A DNA stretch of 62,066 nt, filler included, from Sphacelaria rigidula (Eukaryota), in NCBI GenBank assembly GCA_964200075.2. It is 9 parts of 9 records of this genome, joined end to end, with 100 filler letters (N's around TTAATTAATTAA, not from the genome) between each part and the next. Parts side by side here need not be neighbours in the genome. Positions count along the whole stretch, not along the records: positions 1 to 6,808 come from CAXNAA020017976.1; positions 6,909 to 13,716 come from CAXNAA020017977.1; 7 more parts are not named here. One strand, given 5' to 3'. Of the stretch, positions 1-12,317 are shown one piece after another. Position 1 is the first letter of the stretch, and each line of letters begins with the position of its first letter. The notes beneath the pieces are model-generated. The model made no database searches, was not told the DNA's origin, and was given only the letters and a program-made list of their open reading frames with translations. A program made the position numbers and the translations under genes.

Positions 1-89
1 ACTCGAGTGCTCGCCCTATTCATTTTTTTTTTTTTTTGCAGCCCAACGAGTGCGAGTGCCACGAGTGACACTCGTGCTCGTCCGACGTA
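1..89. repeat. End of an interspersed non-autonomous element truncating the copia RT
   Basis: ACTCGAGTGCTCGCCCTA...GTGCGAGTGCCA.GAGT.ACACTCGTGCTCGTCCGACGT recurs at about 36974-37060 in another contig; copia coding (..IYKRGGFH) stops at this junction. Confidence 0.7.
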
Positions 90-1035
90 TGAAATCCTCC
101 TCGCTTGTATATGATATTTAACGCCTTTATTCCAGCAAGATACCGTGAAAGATGCTTCGCAACGCCCATGTGGACTTTGGCTGGCTTCGACATTGCACGA
201 GCAAGCTGGCAAGATGCATACATCACGTCGTAACGTGTGATCTGCGCTAGGCACATAACAGAACCTGTTATGGCCTAATACTTCTGAGTTCTTCTTCGCT
301 GAGAAGAGTCTCCTCCGGTTGTTCCGTAGACAACTCCGAGCCGAATCTCGGGGTGTACACAGGCTTGCAGTGTTCTTTTCCAAATCGTGCAAGAATTGAT
401 CTTGTATTTTCCTCCTGAGTGATGGTGAGCGTACCTTCTTCACGATCGCGAGTGACTTGCATCCCCAGTACAAGCGATACATTCCCCATGTCACTCATTT
501 TGAGCTTGTCCATGAGCTTCCTTTTGATATCTTCGATCACGCTAAGGATACTCCCAGCGACAAGGACGTCGTCGACGTAGAGGGTAATGATCACAATCGT
601 CTTATTCTGGTTGTATATCTAGACGCAGGGACCTGATTTCAGAGATGTGAATCTAAGCTCTACCAGTGTCGGATCTACCGTTTTCCACCATTCGCGTGGA
701 CTTTGGGCTAGTCCGTAGAGGCTATTTTCCAGCTTCATGACAAGTTGGATTCCATCCTTCTTGGTGGCCTCGAAACTAGGCACCCTTTTTATGAACACGT
801 CTTCCTCGATGTCTGCATAAAGAAAGGCAGTCTTCACGTCAAGCTGGATTACTTCCCAGTTCAACTCAGCAGCGATTGCGAGCACCATCCGAATACTTTG
901 TCGTCGGCAAACGGGAGCGAAGGTGCCGCTACAGTCTTTCCCGGGGACTTGATTCCAGCCCTGTGCGACTAGTCTGCCTTTATATGTCTTGTCAGGCTTG
1001 ACTTTGAAGACCCACTTAGAGCCGACAATTTTCAA
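90..1035 (-). pseudogene. copia reverse transcriptase, fragmented
   Basis: ORFs 619-1035, 268-594 and 20-256: SKWVFKVK, GRLVAQG, TFAPVCR, QLDVKTAFL, LYVDDVLV, AKHLSRYLAG. Confidence 0.92.
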
Positions 1036-1481
1036 TCCCAGAGGGACAGCTGTCTTTGGGACGAGAGTGTAAACTTTTAGGTCTTGCAGACTTGTTTCTT
1101 TTGAGCTGCTTCTTTCTACATCGTAGATTCCGGCAACTTCATAGCTTCTTCAAAGTTCGTCGGGATCTTGATCATTCCCGATCGAAGTGGTGTATTTGTC
1201 GCTGCGTAGGCATACTCGACCAGACTGAGCTGTTCATGTGTGTGCCACGTCTGGAAATTTCCCTTTAGCGAAGTAAGCAAGTTTCCCAAGTTCTCGGACT
1301 GTTCTCGGTGGAGGCACACGTTGATTACGCTCTGAAGGTACACGTTGATTAGTCTGTCCACGCGTTCTGGTGTGAACGCCCGATGGAACTGACTCTTCGA
1401 CCGGCGATGGTTCAGGCGATGCCGAACGTTCAGGGGCAGCAAGTAGATCTCGAGACGTGATTTCTTTTATGAAGAGAGTGT

Positions 1482-3243
1482 TTAATTCACCGAAACGTCT
1501 TCAGTCACCTGGTTTTCCGAGGGCGAACTAAGATCAAGGCTCGACGTATAGTTACGCACGTCTCGAACAAGGTCCTCATGCTCGTCGTACGAAAACATTC
1601 CTTCGTCAAAGCCGCTCACCAAGTCTGGTACAAGCATGACCGGAGGTGTCTCGATGAAGACGACGTTTCGACTCTGGCGTACTTTTCGATTTTCTGGGTG
1701 GTAAATTCGAAAAGTCTTTCTGTCCATGCTGTATCCTACCAGTCGTCCTTCCCAGGCGCGGGGTTCCAGTTTCTTGGTATGTGTTTCTAAGTGAACAAAC
1801 GCTCTTGCTCCGATAGTCCGGAGGTTTCCAAGATTAGCTTCCTTGGCGTAGAGAGCGTTGAAGGGCTTTTCCTTGTTTAGAGCTGAGTGTGGAACTCTAT
1901 TGAGCAGGTATGTGGCAGTTTGCATGAGTTCTCCGCAAAGGAAATGGGGTAAATCTGAATCAGACAGCAGGCATCTCACCATACCCGCTAAGGTGCGTCC
2001 TAACCGAGTGATGCTACGGTAGGGTTGCACAAATATTTTGTGAGGTTAGAATTATTAGGAGCCCTTTATCTCATGCAAAACACGACCTTTGAAAATTTGT
2101 CAGAGTACGCCAGGATTAGTGCTGCAATGTGCTGGGGATATCCCGATTGAATTCGCAAACGGGGATGCTCTGACCCATGTTTTTGTGCATCTAGAATCGT
2201 CAGGAGCCCCTGAACTAGACGTATTTTTGAGGAAAAAGTGCACCCCTACCGGCATTGCCCAACCGCTCGTTTGCGCTTATCTGTTGTGGAGTATTCGTTG
2301 ATGCAAACTCAAGCTTTACAGCGATGTCGAGGCAATACTTGCGAAAGGCCGAACCTGCATTTTCTCCTCCCTTATCCGCTCTCAGACGCTCCAAGCGTAA
2401 TCCAGTGGGCATGACGACGACCTGGTTGTAGAGTTGTGGGGCGTCAACAGCAGAACCCTTCTCCTTGATCAGCAAAACCTCCGTCCATTTTGTGACCTGA
2501 TCACTAAACTTGACAACGTGATTGAAGCCACCCAGTGCCTGAGGGGAGATTGGTCCTATGATATCGGTGAAGACTAGCTGAAATGGACGCTTAATGTTGT
2601 AAGATGCTTGCTTCGGGTGCGGTTGTTGTGCGCTCTTGCCCACAGCGCAAACATCACAAGCCAGTGGATCTCTGTTATACTCAACATCATTACCCTGCAC
2701 TCTCCGTAGGATATTCATACTTCTGCTATTGATGTGGCCCAGGCGGCGATGCCATAGGTCTGCTGATTCGATCCGCAAAGCTGCACTATTAGTTACATTG
2801 TATGCAGGTAGTTTTAAAGAAAAGGAGTATAACTCATCGTTCTCAAGCCGCGGCAACGGTATGGCAATTTTTCCTACCTCCAATCGTGGTAGTGAGGGAT
2901 AAAAAAGCGTAGTCACTCCCCCTTTTGTAGCTGCCGGGACAGAGAAGAGATTCCTTCCAAGGCCAGGAACGATAAACGTACTGAAGTTGATTGGTATGTT
3001 GTGACCGTTGACGTCATTAACAGTACCGTGGATAGTACCTGTACATAAACCTTCGAATTGATGGCCACCAGCCGTGCAGAGTTTGTGAGGCTTGTGAAGT
3101 ATTGTGTAGTCCTTCATACGAACTGAGAAATCCGGTAAGAGCGAAGGATCGACGAATGTGTCAGGCGCCCCATTATCCACCAGCATGATGATGGATGTAA
3201 CTCTCGAACTCAAATCGGTGCTCGAACTTGAAGTAGATGTCAT
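1482..3243 (-). pseudogene. copia protease + integrase, interrupted by a MITE
   Basis: ORFs 2215-3243 and 1482-2030 rejoin in frame (NERLGRTLAGMVRCLL) once 2006-2260 and one AACC are removed. Confidence 0.92.
2006..2260. mobile_element. 255-bp MITE with GAG...CCC termini and 4-bp TSD (Sola2-like)
   Basis: Imperfect TIRs GAGTGATGCTACGGTAGGGTTGCAC / GTGCACCCCTACCGGCATTGCCC; AACC at 2002-2005 and 2261-2264; excision restores the integrase frame. Confidence 0.85.
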
Positions 3244-3509
3244 GAAGGCCCCTACGAATGCACCAAAACGTCCAGAGGTGTTCTTTTGTTGAAGGTGTTG
3301 TCTAACTTCGGCCTGTAATGTTTTTCGTATTTCCTGGTAGCCGTTGGTGTCGGAGAGTTGACAGCTCTCGTCGTCGTGTTGAATGCGGTGATGTTTGCAG
3401 TGTGTCTTATGGCAGAGACCGAAAACCCAAACGAGGAGTTGTCCTCATCTGCCGGGAAATGGGCACTCCCCACTTGTGCAAAATTGGCTTGAGGAGGCGT
3501 TTGATTCTT

Positions 3510-4148
3510 CAGTTTCGCTTGCGCGTGACATTCATAATCGGAATGGGTCTTCGATCGGTGATACGAACACCACTCGTCGCCACCGCCACGTTTCTTAGAG
3601 GTTTTCTTCTTGTCATGTTTGGGGTGATGCTGTTGGGTAGGTTCCGGGCAATCACGCCGGTGGTGTCCGTAATTTTTGCATTTGTAACATTAGACACTGT
3701 CGGGCGCAGCTGCCATTGCTACTCCACGTCCAGTGACGGATGGGCCCAAAGATTTCCGAGAAAATCCGTCAATGTACACGTTGATGACGGTAGATTGGAT
3801 TTCTGGGAGGCCAAATGAGCGATCGCGGTGACTGGTTTGTCGAACGAAGTCGTACGTACGAAGTCGTACGTACTCCTTCGAGAGAGCACGAAGAATCACA
3901 TCTTCGTAGCTTTCGTCAGGGAACCTTTCTCCCATTTCTTGCAATCGAGCACGCAAATCGTCCATCTTCGACAAAAATTCGGAAGGGTCCTCGCCAGAAT
4001 TCATCACTGTAGAAAATAGCTCTTTTTCGCATGCACGACGGGCTTCCTTTGTATTCCCGTCAAATCTATCGTCGAGCGCTTTCCACGCCGCCGCTCCGTT
4101 TCCAAGAGATCCAGCTGCAGAAGTCGCTTCGTGTGCTTTTAGCAACAA
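3510..4148 (-). pseudogene. copia gag, 5'-truncated
   Basis: Homologous to gag at 30036-30760 (GAAAW, F(D)xNTK.ARRAC, M.SG.DP); CX2CX4HX4C knuckle follows an in-frame TAA. Confidence 0.88.
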
Positions 4149-4210
4149 ATTGTGCGAATTGAGGTTTAACTCCGAGATGAGATTCAAGCCTAAAACAGTG
4201 CTTTCCCCAC
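4143..4210. repeat. Interspersed element end replacing the gag N-terminus
   Basis: About 68 bp near-identical (2 differences) to 34369-34436. Confidence 0.8.
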
Positions 4211-4919
4211 GCTTTCAACGATGGTGCCCGATGACGTTTTTGTCGGCCTAATGGCCCTCGATCGCGTAGATACTTTTTCAGCACAATTCGCCGACTCTGT
4301 GAGCTTACAGCGCTGACCGCCCCGAGATCCGAACCTGATGAGCGCCACAGGCGCGTCATATTACCTAAAGTTAGTAGAGTCCCCCCTGACCGTGATTCGG
4401 AGAAGCTGTAAAGTAAGTTTGCGTACTTACTGACGGACCGCGTTGGCTAAGCTGCGGTGTTGTGACGCCGGAGTTGCCAACTCCGGCCACATCCTACAGG
4501 CACACTGGTCAGATGTACTGCTCAGACACTACACCTCCAGTGTGGGCTATACCCTGTAAAGGGCAGGCTTAATTCGGCTGATAAACACGGTGTTACGGTG
4601 CTATCAGGCCAAATTCTGACTCTCAGTAGACTTTGCTGCGTGGTTTGTGTGCATGCTCTGTTTTGAGATTGGTTACAACTCTCAAGTGTGCAAAGCTCTA
4701 TGCGCCGCCCGGAAGCGGCTCGTAGACACGATGCTCCCCGAATGCTCTACACAGATAGACCGTACCGTGTCCTTATCTTGTGCAGTCTTGAACGCCGGGT
4801 GATTAGTCCGCGTCCAAACAGCAAGCGGGTTGACTCAAAGTAAACCTCCAACCAAAGGCTCAGTCACTCTCTGCCTTGTATTGCAAACCAACTGCAACTT
4901 CCAAACAGTTCCTCGCGAA

Positions 4920-5419
4920 GCTCAGAACCTCTTGGGGATATTGTTGTGTGTATCCCTGCACAAGGGATCAGATGCTAACTCCACCGAGCTTAGTCGGATC
5001 CAGGGTCGGAAAGTGTGGACAGCAGAAGTACAGCAGTACTTCAGAGCAGAAGACAATGATTCAATGTTGTAAACAAGGCGCTTGCGGCCAACACAAACAA
5101 ATAAGAAAGGCAGACACAGGCTGCTGATTGCCCCGGTAGGATGGTGCTCCTAGAGGTGATAAGGAACCTATGCAAACCAGGGAGGTAAACAAGGAGTGAG
5201 CTCGAACACCGAGCACGACCCATCAACATCTGCCTTACAGACGTTGGCATATTCGTCCGCAGACGTTACATGCCAACCGACACATATTATGCCGACTGCA
5301 CTTTATAGCCACACTACAACAATGAGCAATGCATGAACAATGCTACTATACATTGACTACATAGAGGAATGTGTGGACAGTTCCTTAACACCCTCGCAAT
5401 ATCATGACCCCCCAATGCT
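4920..5419 (-). repeat. copia PBS (4920-4929) and 5' LTR
   Basis: Minus strand ...CCCCAAGA|GGTTCTGAGC; shares GGCGCTTGCGGCCAACA motif with LTRs at about 41124 and (reverse complement, diverged) about 28827. Confidence 0.6.
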
Positions 5420-6730
5420 CGGGACCCAATATTTGTGGCGATCAGCACTTTAATGAGTGTTTGTATACTCTCGGGGATGTGGATTGTTGGTAAAGCACGG
5501 CCCATGTGCACAACTTGTCGTTGTAGTTGTTGTAGTTGTTGTCTTTACAGTTTAAACCGTTCCGACATCACGGCATTGCTTTGTACGAGGCATATTACGC
5601 GGATGTTTCCCGTGGTAAAAGACAAAGAACCCACACATGGGGCAAAAAAGTTATAATAGTCAATCGTACGAAAAACAAATCACACAGATGCAATACAAAA
5701 CCAGAAGAAAATATGAGTGACAGTGATAACAATACAACGGAAAAGAAAAGGAGAAAATAAGAGAGGGGATCGTGGGTGCGCACGCGATCGCTTGGCGGTA
5801 CCAAGCCGTGCACACCACACGAGCATCCATATCGCGAAACGCGACAGAGGTTTTGCATGCCCCCCAGCCCCTCGCGCTTATCTCCCAACCGCTGCGTGCC
5901 GTGAAAACGTACCGAAATAATTTAATGCATCGCAACGCTCGGTGATTGATACAACCTGGAATAATTTTTTACCGTACAAAACCGCCACAACAACACTAAC
6001 GACGCCCCTGCACGGTGGCGCCATTGCGCTGCATCACAACCCTCGCCTTTACCCGCACCCGCCCCCGCACAAATGCCATCGCACCGTACAGCCCGCGACT
6101 CTAGGCACTTTCACACAAATTGTCCTTGTCTCTCGTCGCAATTGCCACCACCATACCATCCAACAATTAGCTGGGCATCACGCTTGACGGGCGGACCATG
6201 ACACATTTAGCACGGCCGTCAGGTACACTCGCCGCCAGGTCCCGACGTTGGGAGTTGCGCGGCAGAATCACCGGGTGGTCGGCGTTACTACAGCATGACC
6301 TCATCCGCCCCGTCCCTACGGCTGCACTCCTTCCCGTCAAATGTCACGTCCTGCCATCCTGCGGCGCCCTTCGTCCCATGGACAACGGGTAAAATGTTAG
6401 ACCTGCCCGACGTGAATACCTGCGCCAGTCCTAGTAACCAGCGCGCACGATAGTGGTGTGGTGTCTGCAATTCCGGTGATATTTCATCATGAAGTTGCTC
6501 TATGTCAGACGCGATCTTCGCTACTGTAGGGAATTTTGTAAATATTCTCACCTGCGTCGATTTTGCATGACTTGTACGCGCGAATCCTCTCGCCGCCGTG
6601 CAGTTTTCCAAGGTCGTGTTCTGTAGGGTACGGTTTTCCATATACCCGAGGCGTTTCCCCGGTAAATCACTATGTCTCATAATTTTTCCTGCCATTTTTG
6701 TTATGTACGTCTTCGTCTATTATATCGTTA

Positions 6731-6808
6731 GAGCAGTGCTACGGTAGGGGTGCACTTTTTTCGCGAACTTTTGTCTGGTTCAGAGGCTCCTCACGATTTT
6801 AGACGCAC
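6731..6808. mobile_element. Truncated copy of the 2006-2260 MITE family
   Basis: GAGCAGTGCTACGGTAGGGGTGCAC...GGCTCCTCACGATTTTAGACGCAC matches the reverse complement of about 2185-2260. Confidence 0.8.
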
Positions 6809-6908
6809 NNNNNNNNNNNNNNNNNNNNNNNNNNNNNNNNNNNNNNNNNNNNTTAATTAATTAANNNNNNNNNNNNNNNNNNNNNNNNNNNNNNNNNNNN
6901 NNNNNNNN
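6809..6908. other. Artificial contig linker
   Basis: 44 N + TTAATTAATTAA + 44 N. Confidence 0.99.
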
Positions 6909-6970
6909 ACGGGGATTGAACCCCCACGACTAACTTTTGTGACGGTTTAAGAGACAACCAACTAGACTAC
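6909..6970 (-). mobile_element. tRNA-derived SINE head (partial)
   Basis: Minus strand GTAGTCTAGTTGGT (A-box-like) ... GGTTCAATCCC (B-box); no complete cloverleaf. Confidence 0.55.
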
Positions 6971-7689
6971 TGACAAGTCAGCGCTGACTTGTCAGTACGC
7001 TGACTTGTCAGTAGTCTAGGTGGTTGTCTCTTAAACCGTCACAGATTCATGCCGTATGAATGACAGCTGGGAAATATGTACGTATGATACATCACGTCGG
7101 AGGGATGACAGGTGATGAGAGATATCTACGTTCTGCCCGTGCCATATGCATCACTGGTGGGAAGCGAGAACGAATCCCCGTGCTCTTGGGAATCGTGCGA
7201 TTTGATTCCGCGCAAACGACCAAGCACTTGTTACTGTACGCGTGATATACCTCCTACAACTCTCCCGCCTTGACTCTTTGGCTGCCAGGGCGGAATAAGC
7301 GTTGACTCGCCGTCGTTTCCCCTCGAAAAATGAATATGGCCCAAATGGCCCACCTTGGTGTCAAAGGGTTAACGCGTGACTGCCAGTGTGGGTTATCTGG
7401 CTCTTGGAATCATTTTTCAAGTTAAAATGATGCCGATTCAACGGATTGGCTACCCTTGTGGTAAACGGGTTGAATTCATCATTTCGTCCCAAATGGTTGA
7501 ACAAGCCCGTCTACTGCAGGCACGTATGAATAAATCTATACTATATGGCATAGGTGCATCATCGGTCACAGGATAGGTTTATCACAGTGAGCAAAAGCCG
7601 TGCCGCACGAACCGAGGGCACGAAAAATAATTCAAAGAGTTGTGTCATGAAGGGCAGTTGCAGAGTATGCCCCAAAGTAAAGGAGTCCT

Positions 7690-7975
7690 GACACATGATA
7701 TGGTGGCCGTGACAATGCGCATTAGACTCATGATGCACGCATGATGGGCGAGAACATATGTCGCTTTGATTTATGTATATGAATGAAAAGTGGGAAACGT
7801 GTACCCGTGATTCATATAACAAGAATGACAGGTGTGAAACATGCATGTATGATTCATGCCGTATGAATCGGAGATGGGGAACATGTACCCGTGATTCATG
7901 ACGCGCGCATCACAGGTGGGAAATCTGTACCTATGATTCATACCGTATGAATCACGATAGGAAGAATGTACCTTC
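7690..7975. repeat. Degenerate ~42-bp tandem array (older relative of the 8170-8919 element)
   Basis: Units like GGGAACATGTACCCGTGATTCATGCCGTATGAATCGGAGAT; more units at about 7044-7130. Confidence 0.75.
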
Positions 7976-8169
7976 GACGGTGTATCCCATGAATGACACC
8001 GAGGGGTATGTGCGTTTCATGTAGTGTTGCACGAATGACGAGCCCAAAACATGTGCGAACCACAGCTTGTGTACGAATCGTATGAATGATTCGTGCAAAA
8101 AAGTTGAGTATGGGACGAATCACGACTATATCCGTGCAAATAGGGAAACATTACCTTATTAGAAACCTC

Positions 8170-8919
8170 CACGGTTCGGACGAATCAGATTTCATACGGG
8201 TTGACTCCTCATGAATGTTGAGTGCGAATCATGTACTCCAGAGTCATCCGGTACGAATCACGGAAGGTGAAGTTGTATATTCAAGGTCATACCGCACGAA
8301 TTATTGACTGGGAATGTGTACACTTCAGGCTGTGTAACACGAATCAGGATCGGAAAACACGTACGAATCATGGTCCATGTACGAATCACTTGAAGGAAGC
8401 ACATACTCATGATTCATCTCGCATGAACTAAAGGGTGGGGAACATGTACTCATGATTTATCCGTTATACATGGAAGGTGGAAAACATGAACAGTTCATTC
8501 ATCTCGCGCGAAGTACACGTGGGAGAGATGTACGTGTGATTCGCGCACTATGAAATGGCAGATGAAAATCATGTACCGACTATTCATACCGTACAAATAT
8601 ATGTTGGAGAATCTGTACCTACGACTCATCCCGCATGGACTAAAGGGTGTGCAACATGAACACATGATTCATGCCGCATGAATTTAAAAGGATAAATGTG
8701 TGCCCACGATTCACGCCGCGTAAAAGGAAGCTAGGAAACATTTATCTTCGACGGTGTACCGAACGAATCACGAGCTCGCAATGTATAAAATACACTTCAA
8801 GCGGTGTCGTACGAGTCACGAACCCAAAATATGCACAGATCACAAATGATGGACTAATTGTATGATTCGCTAAAATGTTGAATATGAGTTGAATCACAAC
8901 TGTTTTCGTCCGAGCCGTG
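8170..8919. mobile_element. 750-bp non-autonomous DNA transposon with TIRs, 8-bp TSD and internal 42-bp array
   Basis: TIR CACGGTTCGGACGAA / TTCGTCCGAGCCGTG; GAAACCTC at 8162-8169 and 8920-8927; about 8 degenerate units at about 8395-8740. Confidence 0.85.
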
Positions 8920-10620
8920 GAAACCTCCAGGGCCGGGTGCATGTGAAGACAAGCGTCATCGATCCCCAAAACGTTGATAGTACAAGCACGCCGATTTATC
9001 GCCGACACTGCACGCGCGAGGAAGCACAACGAAGGCACGGGTACGATGGGAGCCTCAGCGTACTTTCTCTGCTTCATTTGAACTTTACAATTATTTTTCC
9101 CTCTAAACAATCGCAGCTACACGTTGGTTCCACTGACTGACCCCAACACGTGTCTCTGGTGCTACGAGAACAAACACAAGTAAAAAGTAACACTGCAAAC
9201 AGGTTCCCTGCACCCTGCAATCGTACAGCCAACGTGGAATGTGCCCCGCGCTCTGACAAGTCATCCAGGATTTAGGTACTTCCGTCATTTCACACTTTTC
9301 TTCCTAGCGGTGTTCGTGCACATGGTCTGCGTGGTCGTCGTGTTGCATGTCTTCGTTTCGCCCTTTTTATTTCAGTGATGTTTTTGTCTAGCCCCCGCAT
9401 AGCTCGTGGGTGACAGGTCATGCCCAAATGGCACGATCCCCAAGTAGCCTCCGTGGCATCTTGTTTCTTTACGCGGCATTTGTTTTGCCCGAACCCTGGA
9501 TGCTTTTTGCCCAAACCCTTGGTGCAGTGGCTGGTCATTTTTGGTACCTTGCTTATTGTCTGCCTTCTTTTCTTCACCCCTGCATTTTCCTTTCGTCATC
9601 ATTTGTACTTTTTTTTCATCCGGACCGGCCATTAGTGATCTTGGTCTCCCTTCCTTCCCTTCTCCTTTCTTTGTCTTGTGCCTCATTTTTGCTGAGTTCA
9701 CTCCGATTCTTTTATATTTTCCTTTCCTTTTTTCTCCTCCATTTCTCGACTGTCCTTTATCGAGCGTTTCCGTATTGTTGACCCTGGGTAAGCCTATATT
9801 GTGGCCATAGATAGATCCGTAGGGGACCAGTTACTGTGCGACAACCAATCAATCAACCTGGGAACCAAGCGCGACCTGGTGGCATTTTGGTACGAAACTC
9901 AAAATACACGAACTCTAGTTCAACTGTGCTAAAATTGGTGGGCGTGTAGCTGACCTCGAGGCAAAAACGACGATTGCTGTTCCGGTACTTAACTCGTCGC
10001 CGTTCCAAAGGTACGGCCCAAATAAAGATAGAAGAAGAGTATATATAATCCAAAAATGTATTGGATTTCCACGTCAGTGGGAATCTACATATCATGGATG
10101 TTTGCTCGAGATTCGAGACTTGGGACCTGAGTTTTGAGGAGAGGTGCAAATCGATAATTTGAAGCTCATCATTTGCGTAGTCGTTCCTTTTTAATTATAC
10201 AGAAAGTGGGGGGCATTGTTTTCCCGTATTTCAGTCGAATGGAGCTATCTCCAAGATAATGAATAAGTGAAGAACTACTCTAACGATGACCTCCGAATGG
10301 TTCATGTGCACCTCTCTTCAGAGTTTCTTCGATTTGCTTTCAAGACTCGAGCGAAAAATTCAGCGTTGTACTTTTTTTTTTTGTCTGAAGTAGTGGATCC
10401 AGCCTGGACCTACGAGAGACACCCGTACGACGTTGCAACCCTGACCCTAAAATTATGGTCGAGGGTTCCCTCTGCACCTGAAATTCCGTTTCCCCTTACG
10501 GCAAATCCGCAGGCCATATTTTTCCTTCGCGGCACGGTGAATTCAACAGGAGGTTGGCTATAGAGGACACAGCAGACTGCAGTCAGCTCCGTGTCACGAC
10601 CGCCATCAACAAGATTGAAC

Positions 10621-10971
10621 ATGACGACCCAGAGCAGGACTGCAGACGCGCGAAGACCGGATGTTTCCCCTCGGGAGGAGACCAGTTCCGCGCGTCTGCA
10701 TCAAGAGAAAGCGGAGGCAATGACAATCGTAGCTCAATCCGCCGTCGCCAAAGCTGTCGGTGTAGCCGAAGACGCGGTCGTACGCAGGCATACCGGCATT
10801 ATTGCAGGGAACACGACCGTTTTCGCCAGCGACGGCGACGGGAAGGGTAAAGGACCTACACCTGCGCTGCCACACGAACCAGGCCCGGGCGCGTCGCCGA
10901 GGTCGATAGGCGCCGGCGGAGACCTGAAAGGCAACTTCCTGGCAGCGGTGGGGAACACCATGTCGCATACG
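10621..10971 (+). CDS. Probable first coding exon of a Tubby-like gene
   Basis: Open frame MTTQSRT...NTMSHT ending ACG|GTAAGA (phase 0), compatible with the acceptor at 11449; start uncertain. Confidence 0.55.
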
Positions 10972-11448
10972 GTAAGAAAGCAAGGCTGCGGTCATCGCTA
11001 ATGCATGAAAGACAACGTCGCTGTTTGCGTCACCCTTTGAGGTATATCCTGAGCGGCACACACAGCAATGTCTGCGACGGTCGATGTGCCTTAACCCATG
11101 TACCCTACGACGGGACGATGGGTTGCTAAAAGGCGGGAATACCTTCGCGTGCAGGTTGCAGAATAAGTTGAAACGTTTTCAGGAAGTGGTGGTGTAGAGC
11201 TTTTCCGAAATTTACTGCCGCATGTTATTGATATTGTGAAACACGAAGCAGTTTGTGACATACCACCAAAAAACCCAATGATCACTACTCGTAATCAAAA
11301 CACGTGCCCACGTTGAACACTGCAAGTCTCGCAACACAACCAACTGGATGCAGAGATAACACGACATCTTGGTAGCACCAAAGAGTCAGCCGCCAAAACA
11401 ATGAATATGGGCTTGCTCACCCGCTGAACCTACATTTAACGTCGTCAG

Positions 11449-12317
11449 GCGCCCCTTGGATCTCCGGCAATAAATCCAGACGAGATGTCGTCCTCAAGTG
11501 ACTCGGAGCCCGAAACTCCTCGTGTGATCCCGCAGAGAACCCGCCGAATGTCGTCCATCACGCGGGCTGAGCAAGCAGCTCTATCGCTGTCAAAGGTAAC
11601 CCTTCCACCCATCATTGACACAGGGCGAAATCCGACCGGCGGCGCCGGGGCTCGTAATAATGTAGACGCCGATGAACGGGGAACTCCTGTTGCAGGGTTC
11701 TCAAGGGTTGCTGTTCTGGCCGGAGATGTTGGGGAGTTCACCCGGGAGAAATATCTCACCGCCGCGCCTGCTTACCCCGGAGGCGTTGGCGGGAGGTTAG
11801 TGTGTTCGGAAGATCCGCTTCGGGGGATAAATTCCGGTAGCCCGGGTGCAATGAAGACCGCCGCAATGAGGTACAGTATGGTCTTCACGGAGAGTGCTCG
11901 ACAGTCAGATTTGGCGGGAAGCACGCCGCGAGGAGGAGGTAGAAAGGCGCCGCACGAGGTAGATGTCCCTGTGGGTCTAGAAGCTGTGCGGGACGGCGTC
12001 GACGGTGGCCTGTGTATCCGTACGGTCGGCGGCGTTACAAAACCGAGGGCGATTATTGCACGGGTCGTTCCGCTGCGACAGCCAGGAAGTGGTCCAGGTG
12101 GCGGCTCCGCCACCGGGGCACACGAGGATATTTTCAGTGTTGTGTTGAGCGGGGATAGGGATGACGCAGAGAACGCAGGTTGTGGCGGTCCTGGAGAAGT
12201 GATGGTTGTTCGAGTTTCTACCCTTCCGACCGGGCCTACCGCCCCTCGAGAGGTGCGCGCCGTATTAGTGCTGCCGGACCGCACTGATGCAAAGGAGGGT
12301 ACGGATGGAATGGGAAG
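11449..12317 (+). CDS. Internal exon of a Tubby-like gene
   Basis: CAG|GCG acceptor, 869-nt open frame, AG|GTATGT donor (phase 2); GPTAPREVRAVL resembles Tubby GFKGPRKMSVI. Confidence 0.65.

Larger units (their letters stand above)
90..5419 (-). mobile_element. Decayed Ty1/copia LTR retrotransposon (5' LTR, PBS, gag, PR, IN, RT; 3' end lost)
   Basis: Minus-strand order gag (AWKALDDRFDG; CYKCKNYGHHRRDC) - protease (LVDNGA) - LWHRRLGH/CDVC - integrase (RLRADKGGE, TPQQISANER) - RT (QLDVKTAFL, SLYGLAQS, LYVDD); many stops and frameshifts; outer LTR boundary approximate. Confidence 0.93.

Noticed and set aside
7690-8740. Regularly spaced palindromic repeats resembling a CRISPR array
   Set aside because: Units are degenerate over their whole length with no unique spacers, lie in or beside a TIR/TSD element, and no cas genes are present
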